DNA of 64,000 bases from an uncultured Frigidibacter sp. (GTDB taxonomy: Bacteria > Pseudomonadota > Alphaproteobacteria > Rhodobacterales > Rhodobacteraceae). Below are positions 29,877-41,116 of the stretch, one piece after another. The DNA lies in NCBI GenBank assembly GCA_964600685.1, contig CAZRKU010000003.1, positions 196-64,195 of the forward strand, written 5' to 3'. Each line of letters opens with the position of its first letter. Position 1 is the first letter of the stretch. The notes under the pieces are model-generated. The model did no database searches, was not told where the DNA came from, and saw nothing but the letters and a program-made list of their open reading frames with translations. The position numbers and the translations under genes are program-made.

Positions 29877-30805
29877 GCGCTCCGCTCCATCAAAACCCGC
29901 ACATGGGCGGCAACCGAAGCCGCGAGTGCCCCCAGATCATACCCCCCCTCAAGCGCCGATACCACCCGCCCGCCGCAGCAATCGTCGGCCAGATCGCAGA
30001 TCGCATGGGTCAACCAGGCGAAATCAGCCTCGCTCCAGTTCAGGCCGCCCAGGGGATCGGCGCGATGGGCATCGAAACCCGCGCTGATCAGCACAAGTTC
30101 GGGGCCGAAGGCGCACACCCGGTCGAGCGCCCCTTCCCACAGGGGCCGCATCATCCGCCCGTCCGATCCGGGCGGTAGCGGCAGGTTCACGATCTGGCCC
30201 TGCGCGCCCGTCTCGCTCGCATATCCCGTTCCGGGATAAAGCGGCATCTGATGAGAGGACACGAACATTCCGCGCGGTTCGTCCCACAGGCAATCCTGGG
30301 TACCGTTGCCGTGGTGGACATCGAAGTCCAGCACCGCGATCCGCGACAACCCGTGATGATCGAGCGCATATTTCGCCGCGATCGCCACGGTGGAGAACAG
30401 GCAAAACCCCATGGCGCGGCGGCGTTCCGCGTGATGGCCGGGCGGGCGCATGGCCAGGAACGCATTGCGCGCCCCGCCCGCCAGAACCGCATCCACCGCC
30501 GCCTCCGCCCCGCCTACGGCACGAAGGGCCGCTTCCCACGAGCCGGGCATCATGAACGTATCGCCGTCAAGCGCCACCCAGCCCGCCGCCGGTCGCGCCG
30601 CGCGGATGCGGGCCAGATAATCGGCGCCGTGGCAGCGCAGAACTTCCTCCTCCGGCGCGAGAGGGGCGATGCGGCGATCGAGCGCCCCAAATTCCGCTGC
30701 CTGCAATCCGCCGTAGATCGCCTCCAGCCGCGCGGACCTCTCTGGGTGGCCTTCGGGCGTCTCATGGCCCAGGCCCGCCGGATGGGTCAGGAAAATCGTG
30801 CTCAT
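29873..30805 (-). CDS. Histone deacetylase-family (HDAC-like) amidohydrolase
   Basis: 310 aa with RPPGHHA, FDVHHGNGTQ and GFDAH zinc/active-site motifs. 4-nt overlap with the xseB start. Confidence 0.85.
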   Translation of the reverse strand: MSTIFLTHPAGLGHETPEGHPERSARLEAIYGGLQAAEFGALDRRIAPLAPEEEVLRCHGADYLARIRAARPAAGWVALDGDTFMMPGSWEAALRAVGGAEAAVDAVLAGGARNAFLAMRPPGHHAERRRAMGFCLFSTVAIAAKYALDHHGLSRIAVLDFDVHHGNGTQDCLWDEPRGMFVSSHQMPLYPGTGYASETGAQGQIVNLPLPPGSDGRMMRPLWEGALDRVCAFGPELVLISAGFDAHRADPLGGLNWSEADFAWLTHAICDLADDCCGGRVVSALEGGYDLGALAASVAAHVRVLMERSA

Positions 30806-30877
30806 TTCATTCTGGTCCCAAATATCCCCGCCGGAGGCTCCGCGGCCCCGGCCATGCGCATTGGCGGCGAAGAGATG

Positions 30878-31579
30878 CTATTCCGGCGCCAGCATGTAGC
30901 CCGCGCCCCGGACGGTCTGCAGATAACGCGGCATTTTCGGGTCGGCCTCGAACTTCCGCCTCAGACGGGTGATCTGCACATCCACCGCCCGCTCCTGTGT
31001 CTGCTCGCCCCCGCGCGCCAGCTCATCGACCAGCTGGCTCCGGCTGACAGCCTCGTCCGGTGCGGCGGCCAGGATGCGCATCAGCGCCGCCTCGGTCGCG
31101 GTCAGGCGCACCTGCTCGTCGCCGCGCCACATCTCGCCCCGGTCGACATCATAACGCACGACGCCGAGTTGCAGCACCTTCGGCACCTTGACCGTCACGG
31201 CTGTGGGTGTGCGGCGCAGGATCGCATTGATCCTGAGAAGCAGCTCCTTGGGCTCGAACGGCTTGGCCAGATAATCGTCCGCCCCCGCTTCCAGCCCGGC
31301 GATACGGTCCGAGGTTTCGCCCTTTGCCGTCAGAAGAAGCACCGGCGTGGAAAGTTTCGAGCGAAGGTCGCGGGTCAGGCTCATGCCATCCTCGCCCGGC
31401 ATCATCACATCGAGAACGATCAGATCGAACTCGAGCCCCGCCAGAAGCCGGCGGGCATGAGCGGCGTCGCGGGCGGTCGTCACCAGAAAGCCGTTCTTGA
31501 TCAGGAACTTTTGCAGCAACCCGCGAATGCGTTCGTCATCATCGACGATCAGCAGATGAACCTCGATTCCCGCCGTCAT
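30878..31579 (-). CDS. OmpR-family response regulator (PetR-like)
   Basis: Receiver domain (LLIVDDDERIR...DLIVLDVMMPGEDG...LTAKG) plus a winged-helix output (VQITRLRRKFE...TVRGAGYML). Confidence 0.85.
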   Translation of the reverse strand: MTAGIEVHLLIVDDDERIRGLLQKFLIKNGFLVTTARDAAHARRLLAGLEFDLIVLDVMMPGEDGMSLTRDLRSKLSTPVLLLTAKGETSDRIAGLEAGADDYLAKPFEPKELLLRINAILRRTPTAVTVKVPKVLQLGVVRYDVDRGEMWRGDEQVRLTATEAALMRILAAAPDEAVSRSQLVDELARGGEQTQERAVDVQITRLRRKFEADPKMPRYLQTVRGAGYMLAPE

Positions 31580-32082
31580 GCCGACCCGTCCTTCATCGCG
31601 CCGTAGAACCGGCGCAGGTCGGGGTCCATCATCGCCTCCAGCACCTGCCGGAAGCCCGCCACCGCGCTTGGCCCCGCCGCACGATAGGCCGCGCGCATCC
31701 GGGTGCGCTGCGCCTCGCTCAGGTCGCGCTCAAGGCCCGCGCCCTTTTCCGTCAGGAACAGGTGCCGCTCGCGCTTGTCCTTGCGGCCGACCCGCGCCTC
31801 GACCAGCCCATCGTCGATGAGCGTCCTCAGCACCCGGTTCAGTGATTGTTTGGTGACACCCAGCACCGACAGAAGCGTGTTCACCGTCAGGCCCGGCTGG
31901 CGGTTGATGAAGTGGATCGCCCGATGATGCGCGCGGCCATATTCGTAGTTCTCCAGGATTCGGTCGGGGTCGGCGGTAAAGGCCCGATAGGCGAAAAACA
32001 TCGCCTCTATGCCTTTCCTGAGCTGTTCGTCGGTCAGAAAAAGCAGGCCTTCCCCGCCGCTGTCAGACATGCCCATCCTCAA
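31576..32082 (-). CDS. MarR-family transcriptional regulator (PetP-like)
   Basis: About 165 aa with a winged HTH (LTVNTLLSVLGVTKQSLNRVLRTLIDDGLVEARVGRKDKRERHL). ATGA overlap with the downstream response regulator. Confidence 0.8.
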   Translation of the reverse strand: MRMGMSDSGGEGLLFLTDEQLRKGIEAMFFAYRAFTADPDRILENYEYGRAHHRAIHFINRQPGLTVNTLLSVLGVTKQSLNRVLRTLIDDGLVEARVGRKDKRERHLFLTEKGAGLERDLSEAQRTRMRAAYRAAGPSAVAGFRQVLEAMMDPDLRRFYGAMKDGSA

Positions 32083-32228
32083 CCCGGTTTAACGCTGCCG
32101 CTTTCCGCGATATTATGTCAGCCATGTTGACTTTCCAAGAATGAATCGCTAGCGAGAGCCATAAACTGCGCAACAATATGTCCGAACCGGATCTAACTTG
32201 CGCAATATTCGAAAATCGGACGGAGGAC

Positions 32229-33101
32229 ATGATGGCCGGTTCCTATGAAGATCGTGACGGAAAAATCTGGATGGACGGCGCGCTGGTCGACTGGCGCGAT
32301 GCGAAGGTCCACATCCTGACCCATGCGCTGCATTATGCGTCCTCGGTGTTCGAGGGCGAGCGTTGCTACAACGGCAAGATCTTCAAGAGCCGCGAACATT
32401 CGGCGCGCCTGCTGAAATCGGGGGAACTCCTCGACATGCAGATCCCCTACACCGTCGATCAGATCGAGGCGGCCAAGGAGGCGGTGCTGAAGGCCAACGG
32501 CTGGACCGACGCCTATGTGCGCGTCGTGGCCTGGCGTGGCGCCGGCGAGGATATGGGCGTTGCCGCCAAGCGCAATCCGGTGCGCATGGCCGTCATCGCC
32601 TGGCAATGGGGCAACTATTATGGCGACGCCAAGATGAAGGGCGCCAAGCTCGACATCGCCAAATGGCGGCGCCCCGATCCGGCGACCATCCCGTCGGAGG
32701 CGAAGGCGGCAGGTCTTTACATGATCTGCACCATGTCCAAGCACGCGGCCGAGGCCAAGGGCTGCTCGGACGCGATGATGTATGACTATCGCGGCTATGT
32801 GGCCGAAGCGACCGGCGCCAACATCTTCTTCGTCAAGGACGGCGAAGTGCACACGCCCAAGGCCGACTGCTTCCTGAACGGCCTCACGCGCCAGACGGTG
32901 ATCCAGATGCTGAAGGACATGCAGATCAAGGTGCATGAGCGGCACATCATGCCCGAAGAGCTGGAAGGCTTCGAGCAATGCTGGCTGACCGGCACGGCAG
33001 CGGAAGTGACACCGGTGGGCCAGATCGGCGCTTACAATTTCGTAGTGGGTGACCTGACCAAGCGGGTCGCGAGCGAATATGAGAAACTCGTCCGCGCCTA
33101 G
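32229..33101 (+). CDS. ilvE: Branched-chain amino acid aminotransferase
   Basis: Class IV aminotransferase: HALHYASSVFEGERCY, a PLP-lysine region, and NIFFVKDGEVHTP. The track ORF starts at 32178. Confidence 0.9.
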   Translation: MMAGSYEDRDGKIWMDGALVDWRDAKVHILTHALHYASSVFEGERCYNGKIFKSREHSARLLKSGELLDMQIPYTVDQIEAAKEAVLKANGWTDAYVRVVAWRGAGEDMGVAAKRNPVRMAVIAWQWGNYYGDAKMKGAKLDIAKWRRPDPATIPSEAKAAGLYMICTMSKHAAEAKGCSDAMMYDYRGYVAEATGANIFFVKDGEVHTPKADCFLNGLTRQTVIQMLKDMQIKVHERHIMPEELEGFEQCWLTGTAAEVTPVGQIGAYNFVVGDLTKRVASEYEKLVRA

Positions 33102-33107
33102 TGATGC

Positions 33108-33148
33108 GGGCGGGCACGCATTCGGTTTGCGCGCCCGCCCGGTTCTTT
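33108..33148 (+). terminator. Candidate terminator hairpin after ilvE
   Basis: GGGCGGGC (33108-33115) pairs with GCCCGCCC (33133-33140) across a 17-nt loop and is followed by GGTTCTTT. The long loop makes this only moderate. Confidence 0.4.
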
Positions 33149-33341
33149 ACGCGGTGATGCCGCGTTCGATCCTGAGGTAATGTTCCAAGCGCCTCGCGCC
33201 TGCACGCGCCAGGTGACGTTTGTGCAGCATGCGGCCGGCGTCGTGGTTGCTGTCGCCACCCTCGGCCTTCTCGATCCGGTAGAAATGCTTCAGGCGCCCT
33301 CCGTCGCTTTGGCTGCGGTGGTCTGCGAGATGACGGCTCAT
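33147..33341 (-). CDS. Hypothetical small basic, His-rich protein (64 aa)
   Basis: MSRHLADHRSQSDGGRLKHFYRIEKAEGGDSNHDAGRMLHKRHLARAGARRLEHYLRIERGITA. A strong Shine-Dalgarno (GGGAGGG) lies 5 nt upstream of the ATG and GC3 is mostly high. I recognise no family. Confidence 0.35.
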   Translation of the reverse strand: MSRHLADHRSQSDGGRLKHFYRIEKAEGGDSNHDAGRMLHKRHLARAGARRLEHYLRIERGITA

Positions 33342-33450
33342 TCTGCCCTCCCAGGTTGAATGGATCGCTGCCCGTCAGCTTGCGCCCGAATCGCCGATCC
33401 CGCCAACCTATTTCCATTGGCTTGGTAACGGCGGCATGAAGCTGCCGAAA

Positions 33451-34218
33451 TCAGACGGCGGAAAAGCCGTTGTCGACGAAAAGCTGAATGCCGTTCACGA
33501 ACTCGGCCTCATCCGAAGCCAGATAGAGCGCGGCGCGGGCCACATCCTCGGGCTTGCCCATCCGGCCCTGCGCGGCCCGGATCGCCGCGTCCGACACATC
33601 GACGCCCAGCGCAGCCAGCTCCTTCACCTCGCGCTGGCCATGCGGGGTTTCGATGAAGCCCGGACAGACGGCGTTGCAGCGGATTCCCCGGTCGCGGAAT
33701 TCGACGGCGATGGCGCGGGCGAACATGTGGCAGGCGCCCTTGGTCGCGTCATAGAGCACCTCGTTCGCGGTCGCGTAGACAGCGGAAATTGACGAAGTGC
33801 AGACGATCGACCCGCCGCCCGCCGCCAGCATGTGCGGCAGGACCGCGCGGGTCATCAGATACATCGACTTCACGTTCACGTCGAAAAGGAAATCCCAATC
33901 CGCCTCCTCGGTTTCAAGGAAAGGTTTGATGACGATGGTGCCCGCGTGATTGAAAAGCACGTTCACCCGGCCGAGGGCGGCGACAATCGCAGCCACCGCC
34001 ACCTCGACCTCCGTCTTCTTCGACACGTCGGCGCGCGCGAAGATCACCCGATGGCCTGCGCGCACCAGCTCGTCGGCGAGCGCCCGGCCCGCTTCGGCGT
34101 TACGGTCGATGATCCCCACCGCCGCGCCTTCGGCAGCGAAAAGGCGCACGGCGGCGGCCCCCATGCCGGTCGCACCACCCGAGATGACGGCGATCTTTCC
34201 CTTGAGCCTGTCGGTCAT
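33451..34218 (-). CDS. Short-chain dehydrogenase/reductase (classical SDR)
   Basis: MTDRLKGKIAVISGGATGMG contains the TGxxxGxG motif. It also has NHAG and catalytic S...YxxxK (YDATKGA). The track ORF extends to 34305. Confidence 0.85.
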   Translation of the reverse strand: MTDRLKGKIAVISGGATGMGAAAVRLFAAEGAAVGIIDRNAEAGRALADELVRAGHRVIFARADVSKKTEVEVAVAAIVAALGRVNVLFNHAGTIVIKPFLETEEADWDFLFDVNVKSMYLMTRAVLPHMLAAGGGSIVCTSSISAVYATANEVLYDATKGACHMFARAIAVEFRDRGIRCNAVCPGFIETPHGQREVKELAALGVDVSDAAIRAAQGRMGKPEDVARAALYLASDEAEFVNGIQLFVDNGFSAV

Positions 34219-34373
34219 CCCGTCCCCTTTCCTTCGCGGGGGCTTTGCCCGTCGCCCGATGTTTCTCGAACCAAGGGCGCGCCACCGGGCGCCCCCCAAG
34301 GACATTCATCGAAGAAAATGAACCATCCGGGCATTTTCTGTCCAGAAATATCCCCGCCGGAGGCGGAAAGTAT

Positions 34374-35420
34374 TCAGGCCGGTGTCAGGCGCCCGCTGGC
34401 CCAATCGGCGGCGTCGCGGATGGTCGGGTCCGGATCGGCGCGATGGGCCGTTGCTGCGGCCAGAAGCGCAGGATCGCCGGAATTGCCGATGGCGTAAAGA
34501 ACATTGCGGATGAAGCGGCCGCGACCGATGCGCTTGATCGGGCTACCGGAAAAGAGCGCGCGGAAGGCTGTGTCATCCAGACCCGCAAGATCGGCGAGAC
34601 GCGGGGCTTCGGCGAAACGGCTCGCATAGCCGATCTCGGATGCGGCGCGGGCGAACTTGTTCCAGGGGCAGGAGGCCAGGCAATCGTCGCAGCCATAGAT
34701 GCGGTTGCCAAGGAGCGGGCGCAGTTCCTCGTCGACCGGCCCCCTGTGTTCGATGGTCAGGTAGGAGATGCAGCGGCGCGCATCGAGTTGATAGGGGACC
34801 GGGAAGGCGCGGGTCGGGCAGATGTCCAGACAGGCGGTGCAGCTGCCGCAATGGCTGACTTCCGGACTGTCCGGCGGAATTTCAAGCGTGGTGAAGATCG
34901 CGCCGAGGAAGAACCAGTTGCCGAGGTCGCGCGACAGAAGGTTCGTATGCTTGCCCTGCCAGCCCAGCCCCGCCGCCTGGGCGAGCGGTTTTTCCATCAC
35001 CGGGGCGGTATCGGTGAAGACCTTGATCTCGCCGCCCGCCTGGCCGATCAGCCAGCGGCCAAGGCGCTTCAGACGTTTCTTCACCAGATCGTGGTAGTCC
35101 TTGCCCTGCGCATAGACGGAGATCGCGGCGCGGTCGGGGTGGTTCAGTATCTCGAGCGGATCCTGCGAGGGGGTGTAAGGTTCGGCAAGCATGATGACCG
35201 TGCGCGCCTCGGGCCAGAGCGCGGAGGGATCGCCGCGCCAGCCGGTCCGTTCCGCCATCCAGCCCATCTGGCCGTGGCGGCCTTCCTCCACGAAAACCTG
35301 CAGGCGGGCAGGTGCTTCGGGGATTGCATCGGGGCGGCAGAAGCCGGGGGGGGCGAACCCCTCGGCGACGGCCCGTGCGACGACAAGGTCTTTCAATGCG
35401 GCGGGGGGCCGCCCCGTCAC
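34374..35420 (-). CDS. queG: tRNA epoxyqueuosine(34) reductase
   Basis: 348 aa with two 4Fe-4S ferredoxin motifs ([12 protein letters not shown] and [11 protein letters not shown]). The start overlaps the dnaJ stop (ATGA). Confidence 0.9.
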   Translation of the reverse strand: MTGRPPAALKDLVVARAVAEGFAPPGFCRPDAIPEAPARLQVFVEEGRHGQMGWMAERTGWRGDPSALWPEARTVIMLAEPYTPSQDPLEILNHPDRAAISVYAQGKDYHDLVKKRLKRLGRWLIGQAGGEIKVFTDTAPVMEKPLAQAAGLGWQGKHTNLLSRDLGNWFFLGAIFTTLEIPPDSPEVSHCGSCTACLDICPTRAFPVPYQLDARRCISYLTIEHRGPVDEELRPLLGNRIYGCDDCLASCPWNKFARAASEIGYASRFAEAPRLADLAGLDDTAFRALFSGSPIKRIGRGRFIRNVLYAIGNSGDPALLAAATAHRADPDPTIRDAADWASGRLTPA

Positions 35421-36571
35421 TTGGTCATCCCGTCCCAGAAGCTCCTGACCTTGGAGAAGAAGGAGGAGCCCTCGGGGTTGTTGTTGACGCCGAGCGATTC
35501 AAACTCCCGCAGCAGTTCACGCTGGCGGGCGGTCAGGTTGATCGGGGTTTCGACCGCGAATTCGATGACCATGTCACCCACGCCGCCGCCCCTGAGCGCG
35601 GGCATGCCCTTGGCCCTGAGCCGCATCTGCTTGCCGGTCTGGCTGCCCGCGGGGACTTTCACCAGACTGCGGCCGCCGTCGATCGTCGGCACCTCGACCT
35701 CGCCGCCAAGGGCGGCATTGGCCATGGAGACGGGAATGCGGCAGTAAAGATTCACGCCTTCGCGCTGGAAGAGGGCATGTTCTTTCACCTCGATAAAGAT
35801 ATAGAGATCGCCCGACGGGCCACCGCGCATCCCGGCCTCGCCCTCGCCACCCAGACGGATGCGGGTGCCGGTTTCGACACCGGCCGGAATGTTGACCGAG
35901 AGGGCGCGTTCCTTTTCGGTTCGTCCGGCACCCCGGCAGACCTTGCAGGGGTTCTTGACGATCTGGCCCGCGCCATTGCAGGTCGGGCAGGTGCGTTCGA
36001 CGGTGAAGAAGCCCTGCTGGGCGCGCACCTTGCCCATGCCTGAACAGGTCGGGCAGGTCTGCGGTTCGGAGCCGCCTTCAGCGCCGGTGCCGCCGCAGGC
36101 GGTGCAATTGACCGCCGTTGGCACGTTGATGGTTTTCTGGACGCCCTTGTAAGCCTCCTCCAGCGTCACGCGCAGGTTATAGCGCAGGTCGGATCCCCGC
36201 GCCGCGCGCGAACGGCCACCGCCGCCGCCGCCGCCACGCCCGCCCATGAAATCGCCGAAGAGGTCTTCGAAGACGTCGGAAAAAGCGCTGGCGAAATCGC
36301 CGTTGCCCGGATGGCCGCCGCCACGCGGCCCGCCGCCCATGCCACCGTCAAAGGCCGCATGGCCGAAGCGGTCATAGGCCGCCTTTTTCTGATCGTCCTT
36401 CAGGCAGTCGTAAGCCTCGTTCACTTCCTTGAACTGGGATTCGGCCTGGGGATTTTCCTGATTGCGGTCGGGGTGAAGTTCCTTCGCCTTGCTGCGATAG
36501 GCCTTCTTGATCTCGTCGGCTGAGGCGCCGCGCTTGACGCCCAGAACCTCGTAAAAATCGCGCTTTGCCAT
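35417..36571 (-). CDS. dnaJ: Molecular chaperone DnaJ
   Basis: J-domain with HPDRN, a G-rich linker and four CxxCxGxG zinc-finger repeats. Confidence 0.96.
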   Translation of the reverse strand: MAKRDFYEVLGVKRGASADEIKKAYRSKAKELHPDRNQENPQAESQFKEVNEAYDCLKDDQKKAAYDRFGHAAFDGGMGGGPRGGGHPGNGDFASAFSDVFEDLFGDFMGGRGGGGGGGRSRAARGSDLRYNLRVTLEEAYKGVQKTINVPTAVNCTACGGTGAEGGSEPQTCPTCSGMGKVRAQQGFFTVERTCPTCNGAGQIVKNPCKVCRGAGRTEKERALSVNIPAGVETGTRIRLGGEGEAGMRGGPSGDLYIFIEVKEHALFQREGVNLYCRIPVSMANAALGGEVEVPTIDGGRSLVKVPAGSQTGKQMRLRAKGMPALRGGGVGDMVIEFAVETPINLTARQRELLREFESLGVNNNPEGSSFFSKVRSFWDGMTK

Positions 36572-36643
36572 TCATGCATCCCTTGGGGAAACGCGTGAGG
36601 GCTGACCTGAACCTGTCAGGTCAGCCCCCGGGGTTCCGGACCG

Positions 36644-38557
<1,914 letters not shown>

Positions 38558-38663
38558 TTAATTACCTCTTCCTTCGGCGATGATGTGGAGTGCAGACCCG
38601 AAAGCGGCCTCTGCCCTCCGATCCCAATGTAAGACCGGGGTGGCACCCCGGCCGGCTTCTGGG

Positions 38664-38696
38664 CGTATATAGGCAGGGGTCATTCGGCCTGCAAGC
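38664..38696 (-). promoter_or_regulatory. Candidate RpoH (sigma-32) heat-shock promoter for dnaKJ
   Basis: The minus strand reads GCTTGCAGGCCGAATGACCCCTGCCTATATAC. This gives CTTG then an 18-nt spacer (N18) then CCTATATA, close to the alphaproteobacterial RpoH consensus CTTG-N17-CYTATNT. It lies about 110-140 nt upstream of the dnaK ATG. The spacer is 1 nt longer than consensus. Confidence 0.45.
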
Positions 38697-38727
38697 GGCG
38701 AGAGGGGCGGAAAATCGCGGTGAAAGC

Positions 38728-39372
38728 GTGGAAAACCTGAATGGAAGCGAAGGATCGGGCGAAAGGCCGCCGCCGGGGCTGAACCTGCGCGGCATCCCGG
38801 TCTGGCCGGGCTGGCTGGACCGCCCCGCGCAAGAAGCGCTGGTCGCCGATCTGCGCGCCGTGATCGCGCAGGCGCCGCTCTTTTCGCCGCTGACCGGTCG
38901 GGGCAAACCGATGAGCGTGCGGATGACCTCCGCCGGGCGATTCGGCTGGTATTCCGACCGGACGGGATACCGCTATATCGACCGGCATCCGGGGGGTGGG
39001 GAATGGCCGCCAATCCCGCCTCGCGTGCTGGCAATCTGGCGGGCGCTCTGCGGCACGGCGCGCGAGCCGGACTGCTGCCTCGTGAACTGGTATGGGCCGG
39101 AAGCCCGCATGGGCCTGCATCAGGATCGCGACGAGGCGGATTTCAGCCAGCCCGTCCTGTCGATCAGCCTTGGCGACGACGGGCTTTTCCGCGCGGGCAA
39201 CCTGGAACGCGGCGGCCCGACTGAGAGCCTTTGGCTCCGGTCCGGCGATGTGCTGATACTGGAGGGGGCGTCGCGGCTTCTGCACCACGGGATCGACCGG
39301 ATCGCCCCCGGCACTTCGACGCTTCTGCCCACGCCGGGACGCATCAACCTGACTCTGCGGGTGGTCACTTAA
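38728..39372 (+). CDS. alkB: Alpha-ketoglutarate/Fe(II)-dependent DNA repair dioxygenase AlkB
   Basis: Contains HQDRD (HxD), HHG and RINLTLR motifs. The track ORF starts at 38590 inside the dnaK promoter region, so I propose the in-frame GTG at 38728 (214 aa). The start remains uncertain. Confidence 0.8.
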   Translation: MENLNGSEGSGERPPPGLNLRGIPVWPGWLDRPAQEALVADLRAVIAQAPLFSPLTGRGKPMSVRMTSAGRFGWYSDRTGYRYIDRHPGGGEWPPIPPRVLAIWRALCGTAREPDCCLVNWYGPEARMGLHQDRDEADFSQPVLSISLGDDGLFRAGNLERGGPTESLWLRSGDVLILEGASRLLHHGIDRIAPGTSTLLPTPGRINLTLRVVT

Positions 39373-40190
39373 CGTTTGGCCCAACTGGCCGACATGTTGC
39401 GTCGCGAGTAAAATTCGCCCATCAGCCCTATGACGATCATGGCAAATGCCCACCAGAGCGCGAAGGTGACCGAAGAGTTGCGCGGGAAATAGTTCGGGAA
39501 GATCGCGCCTCGCATCTGGTCGATGACATGAAACAACGGGTTCCAGCTGAACAGATACAGGAGCGTGAAGCTGAGTGCGTTGCCGACCATCATCTTGCCC
39601 GAGGCGAAAAAATTCACCCGCGTCAGGATGGTGAGAAGCACGGCGGCCAGTTTCGGTGCCCATGGCCGGATCGCCAGGAGGACCATGCCGCAGCCGACCC
39701 CCAAGAGCCAGGACAGAAGCAGCATCGAAAAGGCGAAGACGGGATCGGCGATCTCAACAGGCTTGAAGGCGACGTGATAGCCGAAGAGGATCACGAAGGA
39801 CACCAGTATCTGAAGATAGAGTGCGCCCAGGGCCGAGGAGGCGATGGCGACGGCGGTGCTCATCGGGGCATGCAGCATCATCGGCGATGTGGGTCCATCC
39901 GAGCGGAAGACCGCAGCCATCGTCTTTTGGTAGGTCGAGTAGGACAGGACGCCCGACATCAGGAACACGACAAAATCGCCCCTGAGCGCGGTGCGCGAAA
40001 TGCCAAGCAGCGTCATCGACCAGTAAAGCGCCAGGATCATGATGATCACCTGCACGACATTCATCGCCAGACCGGCAAGCGCGTTGGATGACGGCCCGCG
40101 CGCCTGACGCACCGCGCAGTGATAGATCAGCCCGCCCAGTTCGAGCGCCGCCGTTATCCCGCCGCGCGGACGCGCCGCTGCTCTGAACAT
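39369..40190 (-). CDS. ABC-2 type polysaccharide/capsule export permease (KpsM-like)
   Basis: 273 aa from MFRAAARPRGG with 6 TM helices and ABC-2 family character (LMSGVLSYSTY...NPLFHVIDQMRGAIF). No partner ATPase gene is adjacent. The track ORF extends to 40295. Confidence 0.72.
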   Translation of the reverse strand: MFRAAARPRGGITAALELGGLIYHCAVRQARGPSSNALAGLAMNVVQVIIMILALYWSMTLLGISRTALRGDFVVFLMSGVLSYSTYQKTMAAVFRSDGPTSPMMLHAPMSTAVAIASSALGALYLQILVSFVILFGYHVAFKPVEIADPVFAFSMLLLSWLLGVGCGMVLLAIRPWAPKLAAVLLTILTRVNFFASGKMMVGNALSFTLLYLFSWNPLFHVIDQMRGAIFPNYFPRNSSVTFALWWAFAMIVIGLMGEFYSRRNMSASWAKR

Positions 40191-40300
40191 GATGACGCCC
40201 GCCGGCTGCCGTTCGCTGAACCTACCGCAGTTAATACTGCAATTCTTGCCGTTTCCTTGACAGAAGATCATAAGGGCAACGCGCCGCGCTTTCAACGCCG

Positions 40301-41116
40301 GTGAAAACAGGGGCGGATGACGTGGACTTCGAACGACTGACGATGGTGATGCGGCGGCTGGCGCTTGAGGCGGGCGACCGGGTCATGGCGATTTACAATT
40401 CCCCCGATTTCGAGGTGCGCGCCAAGTCCGACGCAAGTCCGGTGACGGCGGCCGACGAGGCAGCGGATGCGCTGATCTCGGCAGGGCTGGCGGAGGCTTT
40501 TCCGGCCATGGCACTGGTGACCGAGGAACAGGCGGACAGCCACGGGCAGACGGTTTCCACCTTCCTGATCGTCGACCCGCTGGACGGCACGAAGGAATAC
40601 GTGCAGCGGCGCGGCGATTTCACGGTCAACATCGCCTATGTGGAAAATGGCGTACCGCTGCGCGGCGTCGTTTATGCGCCCGCCAGGGGGCGGCTGTTCT
40701 ACACGCTCGCCGATGGACGGGCGGTCGAGGAGACGGGCGCCCTTGCCAAGGATGCGGCGGGACCGGTACGGGCGCTTTCCGTGTCCTTGCCGGACAATCG
40801 CGCGCTTATGGTGGTTGCATCCAAATCGCACCGCGATCAGGCGACCGACGACTACATCAGCCAATATGCCGTCCGCGACATGACGAGCGCGGGATCATCG
40901 CTGAAATTCTGCCTTGTCGCGGCGGGAGAGGCCGACCTTTACCCCCGCCTTGGCCGCACGATGGAATGGGACACGGCGGCGGGCGATGCCGTCCTGCGCG
41001 GCGCCGGCGGCGAGATGGTGCGCTTCGACGATCATTCACCCTTCACCTACGGCAAGCCCGGTTTCGAAAATCCCTTCTTCATCGCCTATGCTCCCGGCGT
41101 TCTTCTGGTGAAATAG
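40301..41116 (+). CDS. cysQ: 3'(2'),5'-bisphosphate nucleotidase (PAP phosphatase)
   Basis: Inositol-monophosphatase fold with DPLDGTKEY and WDTAAGDAVL motifs and a CysQ-like N-terminus. Confidence 0.85.
   Translation: MKTGADDVDFERLTMVMRRLALEAGDRVMAIYNSPDFEVRAKSDASPVTAADEAADALISAGLAEAFPAMALVTEEQADSHGQTVSTFLIVDPLDGTKEYVQRRGDFTVNIAYVENGVPLRGVVYAPARGRLFYTLADGRAVEETGALAKDAAGPVRALSVSLPDNRALMVVASKSHRDQATDDYISQYAVRDMTSAGSSLKFCLVAAGEADLYPRLGRTMEWDTAAGDAVLRGAGGEMVRFDDHSPFTYGKPGFENPFFIAYAPGVLLVK

Noticed and set aside
33342-33450. EcfG-type general-stress promoter upstream of the small His-rich ORF
   Set aside because: The minus strand has GGAAA-N17-CGAT, which deviates from GGAAC-N16/17-CGTT in both boxes. 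I am also unsure this lineage has the PhyR/EcfG system, so the evidence is too weak.
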